DNA of 64,000 nucleotides from an uncultured Phycisphaerales bacterium (GCA_963755915.1 CAVWLP010000003.1:211784-275783), one strand, 5' to 3'; counted from the first letter of the stretch, positions 37,305 to 50,077 are shown. Translations and numbers: made by a program. The notes: generated by a model not told the origin, from the letters alone.

Positions 37305-39322
37305 CTACTTCTTGCTGGCGTATTCACCGCCCAGCGCCTCAAACAGTGTTTCCAGATGTTTCTCGTAATGCTTCCAGCGCCCGACTGATTTCTGATAGAT
37401 CGGTTTGCGCACCTGCCGGATGCTGGCGGTAAGCACCGCCGTCTCGGCGCGGTAAAACTCAAGGCAAGCCGGTTCCCATGGCAAACCCAGGAACTCAATG
37501 AGCCGCCGGCTTTGACCCTCCAGGTCGTTCACAAGGGTTTCGTAATGCATCTCCATCATCGCGACGGGCCCCACGCTCAGCCAATACGCTGCCAGGCGGT
37601 CCGTCTCGACATGCCGGCGGCCGCTATCGCGCAGGTCCAGTGAAAAAGATAGCCCTTGCGCGAACCGCTGGAAAAAGCAAGAGAGACAGGTGTCGCGCGC
37701 ATCGCGCCGGCAGAAGATCACTCGCGCACGCGGAAACAGCGTCGCGATCTGCCCGACCCGGATCACGTTGCCGGGCATCTTGTCGACAATCCGCGCCGCC
37801 TTGGGGCCGAGCGCCTGAAGGCGCTTCAGATAAATCTGCGCGACCTTCTTCACTTTCGACGCATCCCAGTGCGCCGTTGACAGTTTCTCGCTGTCCCCCC
37901 GAATTCGGTTTCGATCTGCCGTAACAGGTTTAATTCCCCCGCTCCGTGAACTTGCGAATGACTCGCGGCAATCTGATGCACCAACGTCGTTCCTGAACGC
38001 GGCATCCCTACGATAAATACCGGGACGTCGGACGGATCGCCCCATTCCCGGCGGTGCGAAATAACTCGGCGTGAATGTGCTGATGATCCGATCGACCGAT
38101 TCACGAAATCGCGCATGATCGTACGATTCCCCCGCCAACTCCCGCTGCCGTTTCACCAGGACATTCGCCTCGGCCATGTGCGCGAATGCCTCATCATATC
38201 TGCCGGCTTCGTCCAGAATTCTCGCCAACCCCGACTCGACGTAAATTCGCTCTTCCGCGGTAAGGTTCGGGCGGGTGCCCATTTCCGTGAGACGGGCGAG
38301 TTCCGCCTCGTCGCTCTCGTTTTCCGGCACCCCCCGGCGGAGCGAGAAAGCAACGCGACCCGACCCTGGATTTCCTGCTGCTTCTTGTTGCACTGATCTG
38401 CCTCTTCGAGTCTTCCCATCGACTCCAGCGCACGCCAGGGATCCCCAGGCGGTTGGGCTATTGGGATCTGCCTGGACCGCGCCGAAAGCTGAGTTCCGCC
38501 TGCCGGGGATCCTGCTGATGATATTGGATTAGTCCCAGCGCCTCGTGCGTGAGGGGCGAATCGGGCGCCAGCGCCGCGGCATCGCGCCAGCTCTGTATGG
38601 CCGCATCAAATAGCTGAAGTTGAGCCAGGGCGGCCGCCAGGCGAACGTGCGCCAAAAGCATTTTCTGATCGGCCTGGAGCGCCATTCGATACCACTTGGC
38701 GGCGTCCTGGAAGCTCGAAATCGTTTGATGACATTCACCGAGATTGAAGCAAACGACGGCAAACTCGCCGGCTACACTATTGGGGAGGTGATCAGTTCTA
38801 ACCTGCGTAACACTGATCCCGCCGGCAACGATCGCGCGACGGTAAGCGGCGATCGCGTCGTCGATTCTGCCTTGTGCTCGCAGGGCATTTCCCAGGTTAT
38901 TGAAGCTCGCGACTGAACGTGGGTTAACCTCAACGGCCCGATTGTTGATCTTGATCGCTTCCTCGTATTCCCCGGCATCGCAGAGACATTTTCCCAGGTT
39001 CAGCAGAGACTCGAAAAGCCTGGGGTTTAGCGAGATGGATTTGCGCCAGGCCTGGATGGCATCGGCTTCCTTGCCCACGGCCTGGAGAGCGCGGCCGAGG
39101 GTGTTGTATAAATCCGCGATGTCAGGTCTCAGGGCAATGGCTTTTTGGATATAGGGCAGCGCAAGGGGAGGCGCTGGCCTGCTGAAGGTAGGCGATGGCG
39201 AGAAGGTTGAGGGCGTCGGCGTTGGTTGGGTCAGATTCGAGGAGCTTGAGGTAAATGGGGATGGCGTCGGCAGGCTTGCCGGATTGGTGGAGGGCGAAGG
39301 CTTGCTGAAGCAAATGTCGCAT
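37305..39322 (-). pseudogene. TPR-repeat sulfotransferase, disrupted by at least 5 frame shifts
   Basis: Pieces lie in different frames: MRHLLQQAFALHQSGKPADAI (39322), TPR repeats (38458..39387), MGRLEEADQC (38419), the PAPS-binding loop PVFIVGMPRSGTTL (37850..38116), and the C-terminal sulfotransferase part ending at 37305. One break is at the C6 run 37895-37900. Confidence 0.7.
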
Positions 39323-39442
39323 AGAGTGGATTTTAGGGCATTCAAAAAGTTCGAATAGGACTGAGCCCTTTTAGGATTTTTGAGCATTATTCATTCGGCA
39401 ATGGCGACCGAAATTGATATAATACCAGACCTTGGAGATTAA

Positions 39443-40468
39443 ATGGTAATTAGAGAATTAGTAAAATTTAGATATATCTCCGTGTTGGTAGGGATGGTTC
39501 TCCTTGTCAGTTGCAGCAAGCAGAACAGCTCTCAAACCAGTTCTGCGGGCGGTGAGGAGAAGATCAAGATCGGGTTTATCGTCAAGCAGCCCGAGGAGCC
39601 GTGGTTTCAGCTTGAATGGAGATTTGCGCAGGACGCAGCGGATAAGGATGGATTTGAGCTCGTTAAGATCGCGGCTCCCGATGGCGAAAAAGCGCTGGGC
39701 GCCATCGACAATCTCGCAGCCAGCGGCGCACAGGGGTTCGTGATCTGCACGCCCGACGTCAAGCTCGGCCCGGCGATTGTCGCGAAAGCTCAGAGCGACG
39801 ACCTGAAAGTAATCGCGGTAGACGACCAGTTTATTGGCGGAGACGGAAAACCAATGACCGATGTGCCGTACCTGGGCATCGCGGCGCCAAAGATTGGCGA
39901 ATCGGTGGGTCAGGCACTGATGGACGAATTCAAAAAGCATAACTGGTCCCAAGATGACACCGCTGTCTGCGTCATCACGTTTGACGAGTTAGACACGGCC
40001 CGTGAACGCACCGAAGGGGCAATTGAAGCGATCGAAGCCGCGGGGTTTCCTGACAGCCGGATATTCAAAGCCCCGCAAAAAACCAGCGATGTGCCTGGCG
40101 ATTTTGACGCGGCTAACATCCTGCTGACGCAGCATCCCGAGACCAAGCGATGGCTGATCTGCGGGATGAATGACAGCGCGGTGCTGGGCGCGGTGCGAGC
40201 CACCGAGGGCCGCGGGTTCAACGCCGACAACGTCATAGGCATCGGCATCGACGGCACAGACTGTATCGCTGAATTCGAAAAGCCCGCAAGGACCGGCTTC
40301 TACGCGTCGGCATTGCTTCAGGCCAAACTGCACGGCTATCAGACCGCCGACATGATGTTTAACTGGATCAAGAACGGCACCGAGCCGCCCAAGGACACGC
40401 GAACGATCGGCGTTCTGATCGATCGCGACAATTTCCAGCAGGTGCTCAAAGACCAGGGAATTCGGTGA
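39443..40468 (+). CDS. araF: L-arabinose ABC transporter substrate-binding lipoprotein
   Basis: From memory, roughly 55-60% identical to E. coli AraF over the full length (GFIVKQPEEPWFQLEW, GFVICTPD, VIAVDDQF, GMNDSAVLGAVRATEG). It has an LVSC lipobox. Confidence 0.85.
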   Translation: MVIRELVKFRYISVLVGMVLLVSCSKQNSSQTSSAGGEEKIKIGFIVKQPEEPWFQLEWRFAQDAADKDGFELVKIAAPDGEKALGAIDNLAASGAQGFVICTPDVKLGPAIVAKAQSDDLKVIAVDDQFIGGDGKPMTDVPYLGIAAPKIGESVGQALMDEFKKHNWSQDDTAVCVITFDELDTARERTEGAIEAIEAAGFPDSRIFKAPQKTSDVPGDFDAANILLTQHPETKRWLICGMNDSAVLGAVRATEGRGFNADNVIGIGIDGTDCIAEFEKPARTGFYASALLQAKLHGYQTADMMFNWIKNGTEPPKDTRTIGVLIDRDNFQQVLKDQGIR

Positions 40469-42051
40469 CGTCACAAGCAGCAACAGCATCTGTTTTTGAT
40501 GACCGGGGCTCTTTCGGCGGCGCTGCGCTGGAATTCTGCGCCGTCACCAAAACGTATCCGGGCGTGCGCGCGCTTCAGGACGTGAGCTTTGCCGTCCGCC
40601 CCGGCAGCGTACACGCGCTGCTCGGCGAAAACGGCGCCGGCAAGAGCACGCTGCTGAAAACGCTCAGCGGCGCTCAGCTGCCGAGCGGTGGCCACCTTCG
40701 CATCGATGGCCGGGACGTGCTTTTCCACAATACTGCCGATGCCATCGCCGCCGGGGTTGCCGTGATCTACCAGGAGTTGCACCTCGTACCGCAACTGAGT
40801 GTCGCGGAGAATCTGTTCCTGGGTCATCTGCCTGCGCACGGCGGGATCGCCGATCGACGGACTTTACGCGACCAAACGATCCAGCAGCTCCGCCGATTTG
40901 GCGAGGAGATCGACCCGCGCACGCTGGTGGCACGTCTCTCCATTGGCCAGCGGCAGATGATCGAAATCGCCAAGGCTCTTTCGCGCAGCGCACGGATGAT
41001 CGCATTTGATGAGCCCACGAGTTCGTTGTCGGCGCGGGAGATTGAAAAGCTGTTCGAGGTAATCAAGCAGCTCAAGGAGCAGAACTGCGCGATTCTATAC
41101 GTGACGCATCGCATGGAAGAGGTTTTCCGCATTTGCGACGCCGGCACGGTGCTGCGCGATGGCCGCCATGTCGTGACCTGGGATCCGATGCGCAACGTAA
41201 GCCAGCATGACGTCGTGAAGGCAATGGTCGGACGGGAGCTGAAGGACATTTATAATTACCGGTCCAGGCCGCAGCGCACGGATGTTCCGCCGGCGATTGA
41301 GGTAAACGATCTGCATGGACCGGGCGTGAGCTCGCCGGTCAGCTTCAGTGTCCGGCGCGGCGAAATCCTGGGTGTTTTTGGCCTGGTGGGCGCGGGGCGA
41401 AGCGAGTTGATGAAGCTGATCTTCGGAGCTGAACGCCGGCGGCAAGGGTCGATTCTCGTCGATGGCCGCGAGCTGCAAATCGACGGGCCGGCAGATGCGA
41501 TCCGCGCCGGGATCGTTCTTTGTCCGGAGGATCGCAAAAAAGAGGGCATCGTTCCTATCGGGTCGATCATGGAAAACATCAATTTCAGCGCCCGGCGGAA
41601 CCATGTGGCCCTGGGCCTGGTTATCCGTAACCGCTGGGAACGGGAAAACGCTTCGCAGAAGATCAAGCAGCTCAGCATCAAAACGCCCAGCCTGACGCAG
41701 CTGATCCGAAACCTCTCTGGCGGTAACCAGCAGAAGGTGATTTTGGCCCGCTGGCTCAGCGAGCAAGTGAAAGTCATTCTCCTCGACGAGCCCACGCGCG
41801 GCATCGATGTTGGGGCCAAGAGCGAGATTTACTCCATTATCTATCGGCTGGCGGAACAAGGAGTGGGCGTGGTCGTGGTCTCCAGCGATCTGCCCGAAGT
41901 GCTGGGCGTGGCCGATCGGATCATGGTGATGAGAAAAGGACAAGTCGTGGAGGTGCTGGATCGCGCTTCGGCAACACCGGAAAAAATATTGGCCTTGGCC
42001 CTGCCGATGAGTAATGAAACAACAAGCCATGAACCTGAGGGAAACGCATGA
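40465..42051 (+). CDS. araG: L-arabinose ABC transporter ATP-binding protein (duplicated ABC domains)
   Basis: Two Walker A / LSGG signature sets (GENGAGKST, LSIGQRQ; LSGGNQQK). Overlaps araF by 4 nt. Confidence 0.85.
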   Translation: MTSQAATASVFDDRGSFGGAALEFCAVTKTYPGVRALQDVSFAVRPGSVHALLGENGAGKSTLLKTLSGAQLPSGGHLRIDGRDVLFHNTADAIAAGVAVIYQELHLVPQLSVAENLFLGHLPAHGGIADRRTLRDQTIQQLRRFGEEIDPRTLVARLSIGQRQMIEIAKALSRSARMIAFDEPTSSLSAREIEKLFEVIKQLKEQNCAILYVTHRMEEVFRICDAGTVLRDGRHVVTWDPMRNVSQHDVVKAMVGRELKDIYNYRSRPQRTDVPPAIEVNDLHGPGVSSPVSFSVRRGEILGVFGLVGAGRSELMKLIFGAERRRQGSILVDGRELQIDGPADAIRAGIVLCPEDRKKEGIVPIGSIMENINFSARRNHVALGLVIRNRWERENASQKIKQLSIKTPSLTQLIRNLSGGNQQKVILARWLSEQVKVILLDEPTRGIDVGAKSEIYSIIYRLAEQGVGVVVVSSDLPEVLGVADRIMVMRKGQVVEVLDRASATPEKILALALPMSNETTSHEPEGNA

Positions 42052-43109
42052 GCCAGGATCTTCTCACAACCAATCGCCCCGAGCCAGCGACCGCTGGCGC
42101 TTCGCCCGCCCCTGCTCCGCCATGGATTCGCAGTCAGCTCGGCAACTGGCTCGAGCAGGCCGGCATGCTGGCCATTCTGGCGGTGCTTGTCATCGTTTGC
42201 TCGCTCACCGTGAACGACTTTTTCACGCTGCGAAACCTCGATTCGCTGCTGCTGGCGGTTTCCACCGTCGGAATGATCTCCTGCACGATGCTTTTCTGCC
42301 TGGCGTCGGGAAACTTCGATCTGTCAGTGGGCACAATCGTTCCATGCGCCGGCGTTGTGGCGGCGGTGATGATCAACAAATCCGACAGCATTCTCATTGG
42401 CATCGTCGCCGGACTCGGATTTGGCGCGCTCGTCGGCTTGGTCAACGGCGTCGTCGTCGCCAAATGCAAGATCAACGCACTGATCACCACCCTGGCGACG
42501 TATCAGATCGTAAAAGGACTGGCGTTCATCTTCTCGGGCGGAAAATCGGTCGGCATCACGCGGCAAGCTTTCTTCACCCTGGGCAACGCCGCATGGCCGG
42601 TGGTGCGCGACGTTCATCATCGTCTGATTTTTCAACTCACCACCCCAGTTTGGATCTGCATCGGCTGTTTTCTGTTTTTCGGCTTTCTTCTTCAGCGTAC
42701 AACCTTTGGCCGAAATACCCTTGCCATTGGCGGCAACGAAGAAGCAGCGCGGCTGGCCGGCATTGGCGTCGCGCGCATTAAGATTCTCATCTTCGTCATG
42801 CAGGGGATCGTCGCCGCAATGGCGGGAATTGTGCTGGCCAGCCGGATGACCAGCGGCCAGCCTAAAAGTTCCGACGGACTTGAGCTTCAGGTCATCAGCG
42901 CCTGTGTGCTGGGCGGTGTATCGCTGACCGGCGGTATTGGACGCATGAGCTTTGTCATTGCCGGCGTTTTCATCATGGGCGTGGTGCAGAACGCGATGAA
43001 CCTTGAAAATGTCGATCCGTTTTATCAATACGTCGTCAGCGGAACGATCCTTCTACTGGCAGTGTTATTTGATCGCCTTAAGCAGATGCGCAGCGGCACG
43101 GCGATTTGA
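42048..43109 (+). CDS. araH: L-arabinose ABC transporter permease
   Basis: Multi-span BPD-type-2 permease. Overlaps araG by 4 nt. Confidence 0.8.
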   Translation: MSQDLLTTNRPEPATAGASPAPAPPWIRSQLGNWLEQAGMLAILAVLVIVCSLTVNDFFTLRNLDSLLLAVSTVGMISCTMLFCLASGNFDLSVGTIVPCAGVVAAVMINKSDSILIGIVAGLGFGALVGLVNGVVVAKCKINALITTLATYQIVKGLAFIFSGGKSVGITRQAFFTLGNAAWPVVRDVHHRLIFQLTTPVWICIGCFLFFGFLLQRTTFGRNTLAIGGNEEAARLAGIGVARIKILIFVMQGIVAAMAGIVLASRMTSGQPKSSDGLELQVISACVLGGVSLTGGIGRMSFVIAGVFIMGVVQNAMNLENVDPFYQYVVSGTILLLAVLFDRLKQMRSGTAI

Positions 43110-45348
43110 GGGCCCATCAAACGGGAGTTCAGTTGCGATTGTCGTTTTTCCTCATCACAGTTTTGATGCTGGGTCTCATTGCGCGGGCCGATATCTCGAT
43201 TGATCGCCGGGGCCCAATGGTGATAGCGGGCAATGGGCGGATGATTCTTCAAATTCATTTGGACACTGGCACGGTTGACTATCTCCCCGTCGATGCGCCC
43301 GGGCGGATCGTCGGCGCATCCGCCGGCATCGTCTTGCAGCCAGCGGGTTCGCGCTTGCTCACGACACAATATCCGTCGCATTCGCTTGTCGAGCCGGAGC
43401 TTTCGCCGCTCGACGATCGAATCGGCACAGGGCAGCGGTTGGTCGTGCGCCATTCTGGTCTGAACGGCGCACCAATGCTCGAGCAGGTCTTTCGTTTTTA
43501 TAACGACCGACCTGCCGTGCTCATCGAATTGCGGGCGATTGCATCGCAATCGATTCAATCGAACTGGGTCTCGCCTCTGATTGTCGATCGAAAGACTGAC
43601 GACGCGGAATTGACCGCCGGGCCCGCGGGCGATCCGCGTTTGCTGGTAGTGCCGTTTGATAATGACGATTGGTCTCGCTTCGACGCGCGGCGTCTGGACG
43701 GGGCCGCGACTTTCACCGGTACCGGATTTGAGTTCACCACGATCTTCGATCTCCCCTCCGATCGCGGTTGGGTAATCGGCTCTGTCACTCACGATTTCTG
43801 GAAGACAGGGATCGATTTTCGGGCAGGATCATCAACCGGACGCGTGGATGGATTGACCGTATACGGCGGCGCCGCGACATCGGATCGGGCGGACGACAAA
43901 CGGCTGCCTTATAACCCTGGAGGAACGCATGACGTCTGCCCACACGGCGCTATGGTCGGCACGACGATTGAATCGCCGACAATTTTCGTCGGATTTTTCA
44001 GCGATTTTCGCGATGGACTGGACGAATTTGGCAAGGTGAGCGCGGCAATCGCGCCGCCACTTCTATGGAAAGGCGGGCCGCCGTTTGGGTGGTTGACATT
44101 TGGGGCTGTGCCGGACGTCCGGCTCAGTGACGTGATCGGCGCGTCAGATTTTGCGCCGATCATTTGCAGCCCAAGGGGTTTTGCGATACCCGCGGCCGCG
44201 TCTGCATTAATATTGACGGCAACAACCTCTCCGCCGACGAGCTTCGCGAGGCGGCGGATCACATTCACCACAACGGCCAACTTGCCGGCTATTATCTGAG
44301 CCCATTCGTCTGCTGGCCCTCGGGCAATGAAGACCCGCTGGCGCAACCGGTCGATCAGACCGGTCTGACCTTTTCCCAAATCGCCCTGCACGACGAGCAA
44401 GGCCGGCCAATTTCGGTGGAAGGAAAGGCGTACGCTCTCGACGCCACTCATCCCGGCACGTTGGAATGGATCGGCCGGCAGATTCGGCAGGCCAGGCAAA
44501 TGGGCTTCGATTATTTCAAGCTCGATTTCCTCTCCACCGGCGCCATGGAGGGCCGTCATTTCGATCCCCAAATTCTCTCCGGCATCGAGGCATATAACCG
44601 CGCAATGCGGTTCATCGTCCAGACAATCGGGCCGGACAAGTTTATCAGCCTGTCGATCGCACCGATGTTTCCCAGCCAGTATGGCCATTCACGCCGAGTC
44701 TCCTGCGATATTTACAGCCAGCTCACCGATCTGCATTGGCCGCAATTCCGCAATTTTGGATCGACCGAATATATGTTGAGCTGCGACACCTTTCTCTGGT
44801 GGATGGCGGGAAGCGTTTACCCGTTCAATGATCCCGACGAGATCAACCTGACCCGATTTCAGCGCGGCAACGAGCTGCCCGAGGCGTGGGCCAAAACTCG
44901 CATTATCTCGGCGGTCGTGTCCGGCGGCAATTTTCTCGATACCGATCCTTTTGACGATCCTTTTGCGGAGAAGCGCGCCGTCGAGCTGCTGACGAACCCG
45001 CGTATCGACGCCGTCGCCCGGCAGGGAATTGCATTTCGCCCAGTGATTGGCTCGCTTGGCTCGCAGTGGTCGCCGAACCATACGGGCGCCGATGCCGCCG
45101 ATATTTTCTATCGTGACGATTCAGGCGAACGCGGGAAAGCCGTGCTGGTCGCCATCTTCAATTTCGATTCGGATCGTGCCGTGGAAAAGAAATTTTCATT
45201 CGATGACATCGGACTGAGTTCATATCAACATCTTCACATCACCGACCTGTGGACCGGGAATACGATCGAGTGCAATGAAGGGGAACATGCCTGGAAGCTG
45301 TCGCCGGGAGAAGCGGCGTTGGTTCGGATCGCGGCCGACGGCCGATGA
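43106..45348 (+). CDS. secreted glycoside hydrolase of the alpha-galactosidase clan (GH-D: GH27/36-like); frame disruption at the T-run 44173-44175
   Basis: ORFs 43106..44299 and 44164..45348 join as ...SDFAPI/LQPKGF.... GFDYFKLDFL has the KxD nucleophile context. There is a signal-like N-terminus. Overlaps araH by 4 nt. Confidence 0.6.
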
Positions 45349-45492
45349 ACCCGACAATTCAGATCACCGCGGCGCGGACGGGCTCGGAGGGGACATCCTC
45401 GGAAAATTCTCGCAACAGACCTGCAGCCAGCAACTGGCTGGGATCGCGCTGCAAAATATCTCGAAGCAGATCCTTGGCAATCTCATGCTCGC

Positions 45493-48400
45493 CTAATCCG
45501 ATTTGCGCTGCGCCTCCAGAAGCATGGCATTGACCCGCTGTCGCGCCGCCAGATCATCCTCGAACAACAGCATCGCGGGCAGAGAGGTGGCGAAGTAGTC
45601 AATTTTTGGGTCGCTGGCGGCGAGTGTTTTGGCGTAGGTGAGCAGTTCTTCAAAGAGCCTTTCCGCCTCGGCCGCGCGGCCCAGCCGCTGCATCGCCATC
45701 GCGGAAAAATAGGTCATTTCCGAGTACTGGCGGACGCTCATTTCCTGGAAATCGCCCCGCGCCTGCGCGGCGAAGAGGAAATACTTTCTCGCGGCTGATT
45801 CGTCACAGACGGCCTGGCAGGCAACACCCTGCCAGTAGTGCACGTTATTTCGGTTGGCCAGAAGATGTTTCGTTTCGCCAAGGTTAGGCGGACTCTGCAA
45901 GGCCTGTGCAAAATGGCGCCTCGCCGCATCGGGATGCTCGGACTTGAGCGCCATTTTTCCCAGGGCCAGATGCGCGTGAACAAACTGGGACAGCGCCAGA
46001 CCTTCACCCCCCTCCCAAGGTTGAAATTGCCGGGAATTGAGGATTCGCAGCGATTCATCATGGCGGCCGGCAAGGTTCAGCAGCTCGCAAAATTCCACGG
46101 ACAGATCATCGCGCGACGACACAAGCTGCGGATATTTTTCCAGCTCCACCAGCCGTTTCCCCGGCGCAATGCCCAGGCGTTTGGAGAGCTGATCGCGCTC
46201 AAATAACAGCCGCGCGTCGCCGGCGCCATACTCCCAGGCACGGTCGTATGCATCGCGCGCCGCGGCAAAATCGCGGCGATGATTGAAATAGGCGATGCCG
46301 AGATTTCGCCACGTCATCGCATTACGCGGATTAATTGCGGCGGCCTTTTCCCACATCTCGATAGCGTCGGCCCGCCGGCCGCGATCGTAATAGAGCGTGC
46401 CGAGCAGGTATGGCGCATGGGCATCGGCGGGACTTGCCCGCATCGCCGATTGGAGAATCAATATCTCCTCGAGCCTGGCGGGAAAGCAGTAATCAATCGA
46501 TCCGAATGCAGCTTCGGCAAAGTGCTTTGCCGCCATCGATGCATCGCCAAGCGACTGGCTGAAATACGCACGGTAATAATGCGCCAGGGCCTGCGCCCCG
46601 CTGAAGGGTTCGACAGACATGTCATCGAGCATATGGATTGCTTCAGCGAAGAATCCCGCGCAGAGAGATTGATCGCCAGATCGAGTTTCACCTGTCCGTC
46701 ACAGCCCAGCGGCTCGTTGACCAGCCAGCGCGCCCAGAAATCCAGCGGATCGATCCGCAGTGTCTGTCTCGCCAGAGCGTCGGCTTCCTCCGCGCGATCG
46801 AGCTTGCGGAGCACCATGACCATCAGATCGCGGGCGTTTAGATGATCCAGCTCCGCGGCCAGCGCGCGGTCGAGGTGGTCCCGCGCGATCTCCCAGCGCT
46901 GCGCGCGACAATCGATCTCCGCCAGCGCAAAAAATGCCGGCGCACGCCAGGCTGCATTCCAGATCGATTTATAAAACGAGTCGTACGCTTCCTTCTCGCG
47001 GCCCAGATAACGCAACGTCAGACCCAGGTTGTAGAATGGTTCGCCGTCGTATGGATTTGGGTTGCGGCTGGTCAAACGACTAATCGCGGCTCGAAAATGC
47101 TGCTCGGCCTTCTCGAACTCGCCGCGGCGCAGATGCCAGCGGCCCAGTGCGTTGTTGCATCGACTGTCCAACGGATCGCGCCGCAGCGCCTCCCGCCAAT
47201 ACGGCTCTGGTGAGCGGGTGGCATGCCGATATTGCTCCAGATGAAGTCCAGTCGTGAACAGCTCATCACAGCTGGCGATTTCCGCGGGCAGGGGCGACTC
47301 GGAGGCCGCGGGGGGAGCGGCGCCGGTTGGTATCGTGCCAGGCGCGAATTTCAGGATCGTGCGCGCCCCCTGCTTCAGCTCAAGCTCCAGATCATTTCTT
47401 GAGACTCCCGGCGGTAGCTGCAAATCATCCTGAATGAGCGGCTGGTCCGGCGCCAGCATCGCTGCCTGCCGCCAGAGAGTTTGCGATCCTGCACGCAAAA
47501 CTGCTTCGATTTCCATTGTTGAGGTAACGCCGATGCCGATTCGGGCCCGATCACGATCGACGCGAACGCTGCATGCCGCATCAAGATTCGCCCAATCGGC
47601 CGGTCCGATCTGGCGTATCGGGTACCAATACTGGCTGAAAGACTTGGTTTCGCCAGGCATAAGGAAAGAAAAGTCCGGCTGATTGTCGGTGTAGACGCCC
47701 GCCATGAGTTCGATATACGGCGCTTCATCGTCGCTTAGGTTGCGATCCCACGTGTACCCGAAATCGTGATTCCCCCAGGTCCACTGTTTTTTCCCGGGCG
47801 AAATGTGATGGTCGGCGATGTGAATGATCCCTGCGTCAGCGGCGTGATCGTACCCGCCAAAAAAATCGCCCTGCGAGCCGACGCACATATAACTTGTCGG
47901 CACAGGAATGTTCGCATACCAGGAAAGGTCGTTCGCAGCGTATCGATTTGCGGACGGAACGTGCCGTGACGGCAATTCGTCTTGGGGCACTCCGTCTCTC
48001 GCTCGGCTGGCGTAATCCACGCCATAATATTTCCCGTCACACAAGGGATAGCTGCTCGTAGCCCGCTTGGCGTGGTCAGCAATTCCCTGCACGTCTGCGG
48101 GAAAAAACGACTGATACAGCTCATGCACCTTCGTCGCTGCGTTCGCCCACCACAAAAACGTCTGCACCATCGGCGTGCGGTTGTACAGTTGGACTTTCAG
48201 CTCGACGAATGATTTTCCAGGATGAAGGCAAACACCGTGCATTCCCTTCATCCGGCCAATCGGGTCGTGCTCACTCATCCAAACCGTAACGCTGCCGTCG
48301 GCATGTGATTCGATGGACGTGTCCACCGGCATGAACGTGCTGGGGCGATGATGCTGTGGCCAGTTGAATTCGATCCCACCACTGATCCACGGTCCCGCCA

Positions 48401-48809
48401 GGCCCACCAGCGCCGGCTTGATCACGTCGTGGCGGTAGATCGCATCGTAGTCGTTGGTCTTGTCAAGGATGGCATGAATCCGTCCCCCAATCTCGGGGAG
48501 GAGCATCACCTGGATATATTCGTTTTCCAGGAAAATCGCCCGCCAGGCACGGTCGGATTTGCTCGTACTAACGCGATCCGTAAACGGCAGGGGATATACC
48601 TTTCCAGAGCTGCCTTGATATACGCGCTTGTCCAGGAACATGGGCTGGCGCAAGGGTGCGTACGGTTCATAGGTCGGTATGAGGACCGACTCATTCCACA
48701 CCTCAACCGCTCGCGCATCGCTCGTCATCGCCAACTCCTGGCCAATTCCGGCCAAATTGCCAAAGGCACAGTACTCGGCAGATGCGGGGGTGTCGTTTTC
48801 GTTTCGCAT
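45493..48809 (-). CDS. DUF5107-domain protein with a long C-terminal TPR region (~1100 aa); frame disruption near 46665
   Basis: The N-terminal part has GGIEFNWPQHHRPSTF. ORFs 46458..48809 and 45493..46632 join as ...DLAINL/CAGFFAEAIHMLDD... at an (ag)n run. Confidence 0.6.
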
Positions 48810-48891
48810 CTTAAGATTTCATTTTTTCGTCACGTTGCGGTAAAATACGCCTTGGGGGTCGGAGCCGTTTCGCGAGGGTTGCGCGATTTCT

Positions 48892-50077
48892 ATGCGACGT
48901 CGCCCGCGTGTAATCCTGCTGATCGAGCCGGGCCTATGGCCGCGGCTGCCTGCAGGGGATTGCCGCATACGTGCGGGTCCGGGGGCCATGGTCATGCCTC
49001 CATCTGGAGCGTGGACTGGCAGAAGGGGTGCCGGCGTGGATGGAGCGGCTGCCCGCGGACGGCATTATCGCGCGCATTGAAAATGCCGCTCTCGCCACTT
49101 TTCTGCAGCACCGGCGTCTCCCCACAGTCGATTTGCGCGGCCGGTTCAACATTCCCGGTTTCGCCATGTTCGACAGCGACCATGATGCAATCGTGCGCCT
49201 GGCGGTCGAGCATTTCCTGGAGCGCGGCTTTCGCCATATCGGATTCTGCGGCTTCGCGGGATTGGACTTTTCCGACCGCCGCCGCGATGCGCTGATCCGT
49301 CTGCTGGCGAAACATGGGCTGGTTCCGCTGATGTATGAAATGACGGACGTTGCGGCCAGTGCCAGCACTGTCACCCTTGAATCGGCCGGCTCACGACATC
49401 TCAGGGAGCTGGCCGCGTGGTTGAAGCGACTGCCAAAGCCCGCTGCGATTCTGGCCTGCAACGACAGCCGCGGCCGACAGGTGCTGGACGCGTGCGCGGC
49501 CGCTGAATTAGCGGTACCGGAGCAGATTGCGGTTGTCGGAGTAGACAACGACGAGGTGCTCTGTGATCTTTCCGACCCACCGCTCAGCAGTGTGCAGCCT
49601 GACGCCATGCGCATTGGGTTCGACGGGGCGGCGGCCCTCGATCGCATGATCCGACTGGGTAAGCCCGCGCCCTGCCGCGTGCGCCTCGTTTCACCCCGAC
49701 AACTGGTCGTGCGCAGATCCTCAGACGTGCTGGCGATAAACGATCCCGTGGTGTCGTCGGCGCTCCAGATCATTCAACGGGAGGCATGCACCGGATTGAA
49801 CGTCGAAAAACTCCTCGATCAAATGACGATTTCCCGTGCAACGCTGGAGCGGCGGTTCGAGCGATTTCTTGGCCGCTCGCCAAAAGATGAAATTCTTCGC
49901 TTGCGGCTGAACCGCGTGCGCTTACAGCTCGCAGAGAGCGAAGATACACTGGCACAGATCGCTGAGGCAACGGGATTCAGCAGCGTCGCACATCTGAGCG
50001 TGGCGTTCAAAAACGCAACGTCGCTTTCTCCGGGCGAATTCCGGCGCCGCCACCGGCCTGCCGCCAAACAACATTGA
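48892..50077 (+). CDS. XylR-like regulator (sugar-binding domain plus AraC-type HTH); frame disruption near 48925
   Basis: MRRRPRVILLIE in one frame and SRAYGRGCLQGIAAYVRVRGPWS... in the next. The C-terminal AraC HTH reads LAQIAEATGFSSVAHLSVAFKNATSLSPGEFRR. Confidence 0.7.
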
